From assembly GCA_004347965.1 (NCBI GenBank), contig QNVF01000008.1, positions 1-38,013 of the forward strand: DNA of 38,013 nt, read 5' to 3'. Source of the DNA: Candidatus Nezhaarchaeota archaeon WYZ-LMO8 (GTDB taxonomy: Archaea; Thermoproteota; Methanomethylicia; Nezhaarchaeales; WYZ-LMO8). The notes beneath the pieces were generated by a model. It saw nothing but the letters and a program-made list of their open reading frames with translations, was not told the DNA's origin and made no database searches. This document shows positions 29,726 to 38,013 of this stretch, one piece after another (position 1 is the stretch's first letter; each line of letters begins with the position of its first letter). The position numbers were made by a program, and so were the translations under genes.

Positions 29726-29837
29726 AGATCCTCAGACCCCAAATCGACTTACTCTAAAGAACTTATTGAAGAATATCAGTTATAAGGTTTAAACAAGGCC
29801 TCCTTGAAACCTTAATAGCTTACACCCCTAAATAATT

Positions 29838-30962
29838 TTGATGGTGTACAGGAAAGCCTTTGACCTTCCACTGCACGAAGGTAGAGCTCCTAGATGGCTC
29901 TACGAGAGAATGGTTAAGCTAGCAGACTGCATTTTAGCCATAATAGTTGATGAGCATGGACCACTAGGTCTACTGGGTAGGATAGCTGATCCACTGTGGT
30001 TTCAAGCGTTAGCGTGCGTTTTAGGATACGATTGGGATAGTAGCGGTACTACCACGGTTACTTGCGCAGCAATCAAGGAAGCCCTGCAAAAGAGAGACTT
30101 GGGGGTGAGGGCTTGTGGAGGGAAGGGGAGGGCTTCGAGGTCAACACCTCAAGAGATAGTAAGCATCTGCAAGCTCTACGGTATGGAGGAGAGAGCTCAG
30201 GACTTGGTTAAGGTTAGTAGGCTTGTGGCTAAAGTAGATACATCAGCTATACAGGCTGGCTACCAGCTGTACCACCACACGTTCTTCATAGCTGAGGACG
30301 GCTCGTGGGCAGTAGTGCAGCAAGGCATGAGGCCTGAGGAGAAGCATGCTAGAAGGTTTCACTGGCTGTCAACGGAGCTAAGAAGCTTCTGCGAGGAGCC
30401 TCATAAGGGGATAGTTGGAGACATTGTTCACAGCCACGTCCTAAATTTAGTAGATAAGGAGAGTAGAGAGGCTAGAGCGATATGCGTTGAGTTAGCAGGA
30501 GAAGGACCTCAGAAAGTTAGCAGGTTAATCAAGGCGGCTACGGCAAGAGCTAGAGGGCCTCTGGATCAATGGTTGCAGAGGCACGACGTCGTGGACGTTG
30601 AGGTCTACAAGCTCCCTAGATTCGTTAACTGGTCCGCGCTTGAGAGGGCTCTTCAAGTGAAGCCAACGAGCTTCGAGGGGCTTCTGTTAATTGAGGGGAT
30701 GGGTCCTCTAACCGTAAGGAGCCTAGCTCTCATAGCTGACCTCATATTCGGAGCGAAGCTAAGCTGGAGGGATCCAGTCAAGTACTCCTTCGCCTTTGGC
30801 GGTAAGGATGGAGTACCACACCCCGTAGACTTGAAGAGGATGGATGAAGCAATAAGCTTCCTAGAAGGAGCAGTCGATAAAGCAAACATCGATTGGAAAG
30901 AGAAGAGAGAAGCACTAAGAAGGCTAACAGGCTTAGTGATGAGAATCCATAACTCAAGCTAA
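29838..30962 (+). CDS. DUF763 family protein
   Basis: LPLHEGRAPRWL, DWDSSGTTT, YHH, VQQGM, GGKDGVP. Confidence 0.9.
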   Translation: MMVYRKAFDLPLHEGRAPRWLYERMVKLADCILAIIVDEHGPLGLLGRIADPLWFQALACVLGYDWDSSGTTTVTCAAIKEALQKRDLGVRACGGKGRASRSTPQEIVSICKLYGMEERAQDLVKVSRLVAKVDTSAIQAGYQLYHHTFFIAEDGSWAVVQQGMRPEEKHARRFHWLSTELRSFCEEPHKGIVGDIVHSHVLNLVDKESREARAICVELAGEGPQKVSRLIKAATARARGPLDQWLQRHDVVDVEVYKLPRFVNWSALERALQVKPTSFEGLLLIEGMGPLTVRSLALIADLIFGAKLSWRDPVKYSFAFGGKDGVPHPVDLKRMDEAISFLEGAVDKANIDWKEKREALRRLTGLVMRIHNSS

Positions 30963-31020
30963 GATGGCTCACCGTAATATTGATGGTGAGCATAGCGCTG
31001 AGGAAGCGAGAATTCAATTA
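30958..31020 (+). repeat. Degenerate direct repeat, left copy
   Basis: 41/63 identity to 31981-32042 by manual alignment. Confidence 0.55.
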
Positions 31021-31127
31021 GAACTTTTGTGATTAAAGTAGCTCAAGCCTATTTGACAAGCATTAAAAGCACGTCAACCTCTCTGACCTCTACAACCTCA
31101 TATCCTGAGTAAGTAGGTATTTCAGTG

Positions 31128-31153
31128 TTTAAGTTTAGGTGCTTAAACTTAAA
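31128..31153. promoter_or_regulatory. Inverted repeat overlapping the vapBC TATA box (putative operator)
   Basis: TTTAAGTTTA-ggtgct-TAAACTTAAA. Confidence 0.6.
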
Positions 31154-31188
31154 TACCAGTTTCTGTACATCTTTAATCAGGATTCGGC

Positions 31189-31455
31189 ATGAAGAAGGTT
31201 AAGACCAGCATCTTTGTTAGTGAGGATCTCTGGAGAGAGTTTAAGAAGCACGTTGCGTCCAGAGATCGAGAGCTTAGTGAAGCATTAGAGGAGCTCATAA
31301 GGGAGGAGCTCATGGTCGATTTGGAGAGTGCAGTACAAGAGCTTGCTGGCAGATTGGAGGTAGAAGTGGACTTCAAGCCGATTAAGGCTGTAGCTTCCAT
31401 TAGCATGCTCGTTAGAGAGATGAGGGATGAGAGGGAAGGTAGTATACTTAGATAG
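31189..31455 (+). CDS. VapB-like antitoxin (ribbon-helix-helix)
   Basis: VKTSIFVSEDLWREFK RHH pattern; overlaps a PIN gene. Confidence 0.8.
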   Translation: MKKVKTSIFVSEDLWREFKKHVASRDRELSEALEELIREELMVDLESAVQELAGRLEVEVDFKPIKAVASISMLVREMRDEREGSILR

Positions 31456-31882
31456 CAGCGTAGTAGTCAAGAGGTACGTTGAAGAGAGCGGCAGCGACCA
31501 AGTACGGAGCCTGTACGTAAGCGCATACAATGGTTTAGTTAAGATAGCATTCAGCTTGTGGAACGTTGGTGAAGTGCTTGGGGTCCTAGATAGATCTAGA
31601 GCGAAGGGTCTGATCTCGATTGAGGACTACCAAATCACGAAGACTCGATTCTTAAGCGAAACGTGGAGACTAACCAAATTGGGATGCCTACTCATCGTGC
31701 CAATAAGGCTCTCCACGCTTAAAGCATCGTGGAGGATCGTGGAGAAGCACCACGTGTATCAAGCTGATGCGCTGCAGATAGCGTCGGCCAAGGCAGTAAA
31801 CGCAAGCGAGTTCTTAGTCGCCGATAGGAAGCTGCATCAAATTGCGCTGGAAGAAGGTCTCAACTCCAAGTATATTGAGTAA
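31427..31882 (+). CDS. vapC: VapC PIN-domain toxin
   Basis: YLDSSVVVKRYVEESGS, DALQIASA, ADRKL. Confidence 0.9.
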   Translation: MRGKVVYLDSSVVVKRYVEESGSDQVRSLYVSAYNGLVKIAFSLWNVGEVLGVLDRSRAKGLISIEDYQITKTRFLSETWRLTKLGCLLIVPIRLSTLKASWRIVEKHHVYQADALQIASAKAVNASEFLVADRKLHQIALEEGLNSKYIE

Positions 31883-31980
31883 ACTCGCCTAAGGAGCTCT
31901 CATCCATATCCATTAGTACTTAGGGTCGCTAAAGCCCCTAATCCACTGATCTCAAGCTTACAAGTCAACACCGATAAGTA

Positions 31981-32042
31981 GCTAGGATGGCTCTTGCTTT
32001 CGTGGACAGTGAGCGTAGCATTATGAGACGAGAGTTCGATTA
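31981..32042 (+). repeat. Degenerate direct repeat, right copy
   Basis: 41/63 identity to 30958-31020. Confidence 0.55.
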
Positions 32043-32819
32043 TAGCTCTTCAGCTCTAGCACCAGCTTTAGCTACAAGCTCCTTAAGCAGCTCGCAGGCC
32101 TCCAAGACGTTCTTCTCGGCCTCCTCCTTCGTTGAAGCTTTAGAGGAGAGCTCGACCTCAATGTAGACCTCACCGTTCCTCTTAGGCCTAGACTTCACGT
32201 AGACGGACCTACAAGCCCTCATAACCTCGTCTATTATTGGGGCTAGAGAAGACTCCTCAATCATCTCCACCTTTACGAGCTTGAACGAGTAGGCAGCCCT
32301 CGACATCCTCGATATCATGGGCTCAACGTGCATCTCAAACATCCCCCTCATCTCTGAGGGGACTCCTGGTAAAGCGACAATTATGGTGCCATCAGCTTCA
32401 ATTAAGCAGCCAGGAGCAGTCCCAACAGGATTGTAGAGGGGTCTTCCTCCTCTAGGAAGCTTAGCCATCTTAAGCCTAGGAGGAGTCACGTCACCCGAGT
32501 ACTTCTCCCTAACCATCTGCAAAGCTTCTTCATTTAGCTCTAGAGGGACTCCAAGTGCCACGGATATGCTTTCAAGGGTCCTATCATCGAATGTGGGACC
32601 TAGACCACCAGTTGTAATTATGAGCTTAGGCCTCCTACTCAAAGTCTCCTTTATTGCTGCGCTACACTCATCAACGTCGTCGCTCACAGCCGTAATCCTC
32701 TTAACAACACCACCAAGCCTAGTAACCCTATCAGCGATCCAAGAAGCATTCGTGTTGACGACCTTACCAGTTAAAAGCTCGTTACCGATGGTGACGACCT
32801 CAACCGTAAGATCCCCCAT
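32040..32819 (-). CDS. CinA-like molybdopterin-binding domain protein
   Basis: IGNELLTGKVVNTNA, TGGLGPTFDD, NPVGTAPG, LPGVPSEM; ATG at 32819. Confidence 0.9.
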   Translation of the reverse strand: MGDLTVEVVTIGNELLTGKVVNTNASWIADRVTRLGGVVKRITAVSDDVDECSAAIKETLSRRPKLIITTGGLGPTFDDRTLESISVALGVPLELNEEALQMVREKYSGDVTPPRLKMAKLPRGGRPLYNPVGTAPGCLIEADGTIIVALPGVPSEMRGMFEMHVEPMISRMSRAAYSFKLVKVEMIEESSLAPIIDEVMRACRSVYVKSRPKRNGEVYIEVELSSKASTKEEAEKNVLEACELLKELVAKAGARAEEL

Positions 32820-32930
32820 ACGACCACCAACTTGAAAAGTAGAGTTGAGAAACAATTTTCGGCGATGCTTAGCTCCATTATAAGTCTTCCGCACTACCCT
32901 AATTTTTGATTTACTACTCTCGTAGCTACT

Positions 32931-33240
32931 TCACGTGACGAGGAGCTTATCAACGTTTAAGTTGAGGACCATCTCAGCAATATCACCTGAGTACTCTCCA
33001 ATCCTCCTCATGTCCTCCAAGATCATTTTTATAGTTGAAGAAAACGTTTCTCCACCCCCTCTCGGTTATAGCCTTTATGGTTTCCTCCTCAATCAAAGCC
33101 ATTTTTCTTGCCTCCGATACCACTTCCTCTGCTAGATCGTAGTTTCTCTCGAAGAGAGAAAGCAAATAGCTTGATCATTCAATTCTTTGAGACTTCTCGT
33201 CGATTTGCACGATTAATGCATTTGATCTCCTACTTCTTGA
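32931..33240 (-). pseudogene. Remnant of a PhoU-family phosphate uptake regulator (C-terminal part); 5' limit approximate
   Basis: LSLFERNYDLAEEVVSE, then a frameshift to MILEDMRRIGEYSGDIAEMVLN*; no intact 5' part. Confidence 0.7.
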
Positions 33241-33292
33241 AAGAGCTTTGGGGCTTTCAGCATGCAGCTGCTGCGAGGACTTGAATTCTCCC

Positions 33293-34084
33293 TCAAAGTG
33301 GGATCTTCTCTCCTGGTCTAGGTGGTGTTAACGTGTAGGCTTCATCAACCCTTACTACGCCCACCTTTCCGAAGAGCTTCCTCAACTCCCCTTCGTAGAT
33401 CCCTTTAACTTGGTATGCTATGGCATCAGTCGTGAGGACAGCTGCTGCCACACTGTCCCCCACACTTAGCCTACTTGCTTCTGTTGAGCGAGTGCCAAAG
33501 ATCAGCTTGGTGCCCTTACTAGAGACCCTCATGGATAGCGCTGGCAGTATTATTGGATAGCCGTTGTAGACCTTCGCTAGGACCTTTATCGCGTTGATCC
33601 TATTAAACTTCTCAGCAATTATTGGTGGCAGCCGCTTCCCATCCTCTTGCGTTGATGCGAATCTAGCTATTAACGTGTCAAGCAACACATTGAGCTTGGA
33701 CCTCGATTCATCGACTTGCCACACGTCTTCAACCCTTATGATGCCTGCGGCTCTTGGCCCCATGTAGGCGTTGTACCTGAACATTGGTATTTGAGCTATG
33801 AAGTCGTAGTACTCTCCAGTCCTCTCAAATCCTTCAAAAACCCCTTTAACAACGTAATTCTCAAGCTTCTCAGTTATAACGCAAGCACACACCACGCACC
33901 CTTTGATTAGGCTCCTCCTAGTTTTAAGCATCATAAACTCGCCGAAGACAAGTGTCTCCTCGTCGTAAGCTCTCATGGATAGCACTGGCACAACGTTTGG
34001 CTTCCAGTCTTCGCTAACCGTTGCAAGGAACTTGCCGGCAACCTCTAGGTTGAAGGCTGCGATGGCTTCACGAGGTAGGGTCAC
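33293..34084 (-). CDS. Tandem pyridoxamine-5'-phosphate-oxidase-like (FMN-binding split barrel) protein
   Basis: KFLATVSEDWKPNVVP...YVVKG repeated as KVLA...YPIILP...YQVKG. Confidence 0.7.
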   Translation of the reverse strand: MTLPREAIAAFNLEVAGKFLATVSEDWKPNVVPVLSMRAYDEETLVFGEFMMLKTRRSLIKGCVVCACVITEKLENYVVKGVFEGFERTGEYYDFIAQIPMFRYNAYMGPRAAGIIRVEDVWQVDESRSKLNVLLDTLIARFASTQEDGKRLPPIIAEKFNRINAIKVLAKVYNGYPIILPALSMRVSSKGTKLIFGTRSTEASRLSVGDSVAAAVLTTDAIAYQVKGIYEGELRKLFGKVGVVRVDEAYTLTPPRPGEKIPL

Positions 34085-35043
34085 TATCTCACATCCCTCT
34101 CAACCATTCCACTCCACATGACGTTACCAAAGCCCTCCTCCCTAGCTACTCTAACAAGGTTCTCCATTTCCTCCCTTTTCATGAGCCTCGCTTTCTCCAG
34201 CAGAAACTTCATTCCAAGCCTTTTGTACTTAGAAATACAGAGGTTGTTGAAGGCCAGTAACTCGAAGCGCTCCACGGTCGGCAGGTTGTCGATTATGAAG
34301 CGAGTTATGGCTCTCACGTTCTCTTCACTATCCGTTATTCCAGGTATTATCGGGGTCCTAATCCACATGCGAACTCCGCGCTTCGCTAGATTAACCGCGT
34401 TCTCCCATATCAGGGTGGGATCGACACCTGTGAACTCTATGTGCTTAGCCACATCCATGAGCTTCAAGTCGTAGAGCACTAAATCGATCCAGCCAAGTAT
34501 CTTCTCGAATTCCCGCCAAGGCGCAAAGCCGCTTGTGTCTAAGGCCACGTGAACGCCATGATCCTTAAGCACTGGCAGAACCTCCGCGAGGAAGCTTGAT
34601 TGCAGCATTGGCTCTCCTCCCGAGAACGTAACTCCTCCTCTTGACGTCTTGTAGAAGACCATGTCGCGTAGCACTTCGTCCACGAGGCTCTTAACGTCGT
34701 ACTCCGTACCTATTATTTCAAGAGCCCCAGTAGGGCAAGCCTTTACGCATGCTCCACAAGCTGTACACCTACTTCTATCTATGTGGAGGCCATCCTCATC
34801 TAATCTGAGGGCGCCGACCTTACACGCTTTAATGCATGCTCTCACTCCTATGCACCTCACATCGTACCACACGAGCTCCGGCCTAGGGTTGAGGCCCTCA
34901 GGATTCTGACACCAGATGCAGCGGAGAGGGCAGCCCTTCATGAAGACGGTCGTCCTTATGCCAGGACCGTCCTCGGTCGAGAACCTCTGAATGCTGAAGA
35001 CTATCCCCCTCTTCAATTCAAGTCCTCCTATAGACCATGGCAC
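34084..35043 (-). CDS. Glycyl-radical enzyme activating enzyme (radical SAM with ferredoxin insert)
   Basis: DGPGIRT, GCPLRCIWCQNPE, two additional Cys clusters, GVTFSGGEP. Confidence 0.95.
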   Translation of the reverse strand: MPWSIGGLELKRGIVFSIQRFSTEDGPGIRTTVFMKGCPLRCIWCQNPEGLNPRPELVWYDVRCIGVRACIKACKVGALRLDEDGLHIDRSRCTACGACVKACPTGALEIIGTEYDVKSLVDEVLRDMVFYKTSRGGVTFSGGEPMLQSSFLAEVLPVLKDHGVHVALDTSGFAPWREFEKILGWIDLVLYDLKLMDVAKHIEFTGVDPTLIWENAVNLAKRGVRMWIRTPIIPGITDSEENVRAITRFIIDNLPTVERFELLAFNNLCISKYKRLGMKFLLEKARLMKREEMENLVRVAREEGFGNVMWSGMVERDVR

Positions 35044-37394
35044 GTCCTAGCTATGATCTCTTCTTGCTGCTCTCTCCCCAGAGTTACGAAGTAAGCATTG
35101 TACCCAGTCACGCGGACGAGGAGGTTCCTATACTCTTCAGGCTTCCTCTGAGCCTCCCTCAGTACCTCGGGGCTCAGCATGTTTACCTGAAGGTTCGTCA
35201 CACCTAGATCGCAACAGGCAAGTAGGAGGGCAGCCAACTTCTCCAAGTGCTCCTCATCTCTGACAGATGAAGGGTTTAACGTGATGACCAACGATGCCCC
35301 ATTGGGGGCAGTTTCAAGCCCAAGCTTTCCGACAGATCGTATGACAGCTGTAGGCCCCTTCCTATCCATTCCCTGGACAGGTTGAACACCATTCGACAAG
35401 AACTTGCCCCTAGGCCTCCCATCAGGAGTTGCTGCTGTCTTAGGTGCGAAGTCTATGAAGTAGTTCCAGGACAAGTAGCCTCCCCTAAACCTCCTCCCAG
35501 TTGCGGGGGAAACATGCTTGAAGACCTCTTGAGTCCAGAACCTGGATACCTTCCTAGCTATTTCGTCGACGTAGTCGTCGTCATTCCCAAACTTTGGTGC
35601 CTTGAAGAGCAATCTCCTCTGAAGCTCATCGAAGCCCTCAAAGTTCCTCTTTATAGCCTCCACGAGTTCCTCCATGGAGACCTCCCTCTCCTCAAAGACT
35701 AGCTTCTTCACTGCAGCTAAGCTGTCAGCAACAGTTGCTAGGCCAACGCCCTCAACAGTGATGAAGTTGTATATTGCTCCACCCTGCCTCACATCGATTC
35801 CCTTCTCAGCACAGCCATCCACCAATGCTGATAGGTATGGGACCGGCTCCCATCGCGCTCTTATCGCATCAGCCTCCGATGCAAGGCTTAAGGTTACCTC
35901 TATGCACTTTTTGAGGTGCGCGAAGTATGCTTCCTCAAACTCTTCGTAGCTCTTAAACTTCCTCGGGTCCTTAGTCTTAACGCCTATCATCTTACCGGTT
36001 TTTAAGTCGCGCCCCCTGCCGAAGACTAGCTCCAAGGACTTAGCGAGGTTTATGTTCACATCCACGGTTCCAGACCTATCCTTCCCCTGAAGCGTATTTT
36101 CAAGGCAGCCGACGCACGCGTAATCCCAAACCTCATCCTCCGGTATCCCCTCCCACATCAAGCCCCTCATCGAAGGCTCATCGAAGTTTATTAAGAACGG
36201 TGAGCCCTGCGTCCGCGCAAGAACCTCGCACATCTTCAGAAGGAAGCTCCTCGATATGTTCTTGTGGACCCTAACGTTGAGCTTAGGCTCCAGCATGTTC
36301 ATCTCGTAGGCAACTTCAAGAATCAACCAAGTAAGCTCGTTTACTGCGTCGCTTCCATCCTTATTCATTCCCCCTATGGTTATTAATTGACCGAAGCCAG
36401 AGTTTATCCCTTGATTCCCTATCTTCCCCATGTAGTCGTAAGCATAATCGTGCTTTATCCAGAAGCAGCAGAGAAGCTCCTTCGCGAACTCCCTTGTAAG
36501 CCTACCTTCATCTACATCCTTCTTGTAGTATGCGTACAAGTACTGGTCCAGTCTCCCATACGATAATCCAGGTCCTGGATAGCTTTCAGCAGCCATGACG
36601 AGCATGTGGGCAAACCATAACGATTGAAGGGCCTCCCAAAAGGTCTCAGCAGGCTCCCAAGGAACCTTTCTACAAATCCTAGCTATCTCAAGTAGCTCGG
36701 CCCTCCTCACCTCATCCTCCTCGCTTGCTGCCAGCCTCTCAGCCTCCTCAGCGTACCTCTCCGCGAACCTCTTAACGGCTTCAACAGCTATTACCATGGC
36801 CCTCACGTAGTCCCTCTTCGCCTCATCGGTATGCCTCTCCATCCATTGAAGGAGCTCATCTCTTATACCTCTAAAGCCCCTCTCAACGACCTTCCTGTAG
36901 TTGGGTATTATGTGCCCCGGAATAGCTCCACAGTTCATAACCCCCAAGTCTGATAGCTCAACCACCCTTCTAAACCATCGCTCCTCAGCCCTCCTCCACT
37001 CCTCAGCCTCCTCCTTCGTAAAGCACTTCGACAAGGCAGTATTAAAGTGGAAGCCCACTATCAGCTCTCCATCAAGTATCCTCACTGGAAGATGCTCCTC
37101 TATCACCCTCCTGAAGAAAATAGCTCTCCTAACAGGCAAACTCTCCTTCCAAAAGCCCTCAGGAAGATCGACCTTCATGGCTAGCACCTTAAGCGAGTCC
37201 CTGATGGCCGGCAGGAAAGGAAACATCTCAGGAACTACTCCCCAATCGTGGTACGAGAAGACCTCATCCCAAGGAGCACCAGTCGTGTAAGCTATCACCT
37301 CGTTGGTAGGACGATTCTCAAACGAGAAGTACTGATCCCTAAGCTTCTTGACCCTCTCAGTTAAACCTCCAGGAGACCATATCCTCGCCCTCAA
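35028..37394 (-). CDS. Glycyl radical enzyme (PFL superfamily), substrate unknown
   Basis: Cys loop YACVGCLEN, PKFGNDDDYVD, ATPDGR, Gly loop LLVRVTGY. Confidence 0.93.
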   Translation of the reverse strand: MRARIWSPGGLTERVKKLRDQYFSFENRPTNEVIAYTTGAPWDEVFSYHDWGVVPEMFPFLPAIRDSLKVLAMKVDLPEGFWKESLPVRRAIFFRRVIEEHLPVRILDGELIVGFHFNTALSKCFTKEEAEEWRRAEERWFRRVVELSDLGVMNCGAIPGHIIPNYRKVVERGFRGIRDELLQWMERHTDEAKRDYVRAMVIAVEAVKRFAERYAEEAERLAASEEDEVRRAELLEIARICRKVPWEPAETFWEALQSLWFAHMLVMAAESYPGPGLSYGRLDQYLYAYYKKDVDEGRLTREFAKELLCCFWIKHDYAYDYMGKIGNQGINSGFGQLITIGGMNKDGSDAVNELTWLILEVAYEMNMLEPKLNVRVHKNISRSFLLKMCEVLARTQGSPFLINFDEPSMRGLMWEGIPEDEVWDYACVGCLENTLQGKDRSGTVDVNINLAKSLELVFGRGRDLKTGKMIGVKTKDPRKFKSYEEFEEAYFAHLKKCIEVTLSLASEADAIRARWEPVPYLSALVDGCAEKGIDVRQGGAIYNFITVEGVGLATVADSLAAVKKLVFEEREVSMEELVEAIKRNFEGFDELQRRLLFKAPKFGNDDDYVDEIARKVSRFWTQEVFKHVSPATGRRFRGGYLSWNYFIDFAPKTAATPDGRPRGKFLSNGVQPVQGMDRKGPTAVIRSVGKLGLETAPNGASLVITLNPSSVRDEEHLEKLAALLLACCDLGVTNLQVNMLSPEVLREAQRKPEEYRNLLVRVTGYNAYFVTLGREQQEEIIARTCHGL

Positions 37395-37780
37395 GTTCCT
37401 ACTCTCCTTCGCAAACTTACGAAGAAACGAGATTTAATACTTCCTATTTCCCACTTCCCCCTCAGAGACATGACGAGATGCTACGACTACCATAGTGACG
37501 CTCAGTCAACCGATTAAAGCAAGCTCCCAGCCATTAATTGCGAAGGCTCCAATCATCAAGGTCCAAGCTGCAAGAGCCTCAATATACGCTTAAACAAAGC
37601 TTCAACTCAGACGGCACGATAAGGCTAATAGCCTAACATTCCCACCCTATGCAGACTTCATGGTCGTAGCAATAGGAGCTTAAAACCACGCTCACCAACA
37701 CCTATAGAGGCGCTAGTCGACCCATAAGGAAGGAGTACCGTCTAAGTAAAGGATGCTAGTGGCCTCTAGAGACAGCAGCT

Positions 37781-38013
37781 CTATAGAGGCATGAAGTCCT
37801 CAGGCTTCGGAATGGTCTTCGGAAGCCCCTTCCTCTCCCTAATCTTCAATATCAAGTCGGTGAGCATGGACTCCGGGACAGGCTGCCAACCCTTAAACTC
37901 AGTAGCCCAGAAAGCACGTCCAGCAGTAGCACTCCTAACCTCATTAGCTAAATCGAACGTCTCAGCTACGGGGATCTCTCCCTTCAACACCATTAAGAGC
38001 TCCTGGCTCTCCA
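37781..38013 (-). CDS. fusA: Elongation factor 2, C-terminal end (partial)
   Basis: [25 protein letters not shown]. Confidence 0.9.
   Translation of the reverse strand, partial: ESQELLMVLKGEIPVAETFDLANEVRSATAGRAFWATEFKGWQPVPESMLTDLILKIRERKGLPKTIPKPEDFMPL

Noticed and set aside
37495..37565. Minus-strand TTGATGA...CTGA between fusA and the GRE gene
   Set aside because: No internal boxes or terminal stem; compatible with chance.
1..38013. tRNA, rRNA, CRISPR array, transposase or integrase
   Set aside because: No cloverleaf or T-loop signatures, regularly spaced repeats or recombinase motifs seen by eye; a tRNAscan/Infernal run would be needed to exclude them fully.

Overview
Archaeal genomic window. 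A TACK-like lineage is inferred from the archaeal r-proteins, RpoD/N/E', aIF5B, aIF2-gamma, KEOPS genes and GGAGGTGA-type Shine-Dalgarno sites. The core (8.6-29.3 kb) is a conserved information-processing and isoprenoid superoperon. The main result is that two neighbouring essential translation-initiation GTPase genes, aIF5B (infB) and aIF2-gamma, are each interrupted by a 32-33 nt GC-rich hairpin with bulge-helix-bulge (BHB) geometry. Cutting at the canonical endonuclease positions restores the frame and the conserved switch motifs exactly, so these are candidate mRNA mini-introns spliced by the tRNA-splicing machinery, and the two resemble each other in sequence. Other items: a SipW/Sec11-like peptidase flanked by two proteins sharing a cleavage motif (possible TasA/bundling-pilus-like fibre locus); a degenerate mevalonate-kinase-like gene; a double kink-turn over the L7Ae SD; an inverted S28e; a vapBC pair flanked by a degenerate duplication; a frameshifted ABC ATPase; a PhoU remnant; and a glycyl-radical-enzyme cassette of unknown substrate. 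No tRNA, rRNA or CRISPR array was seen.
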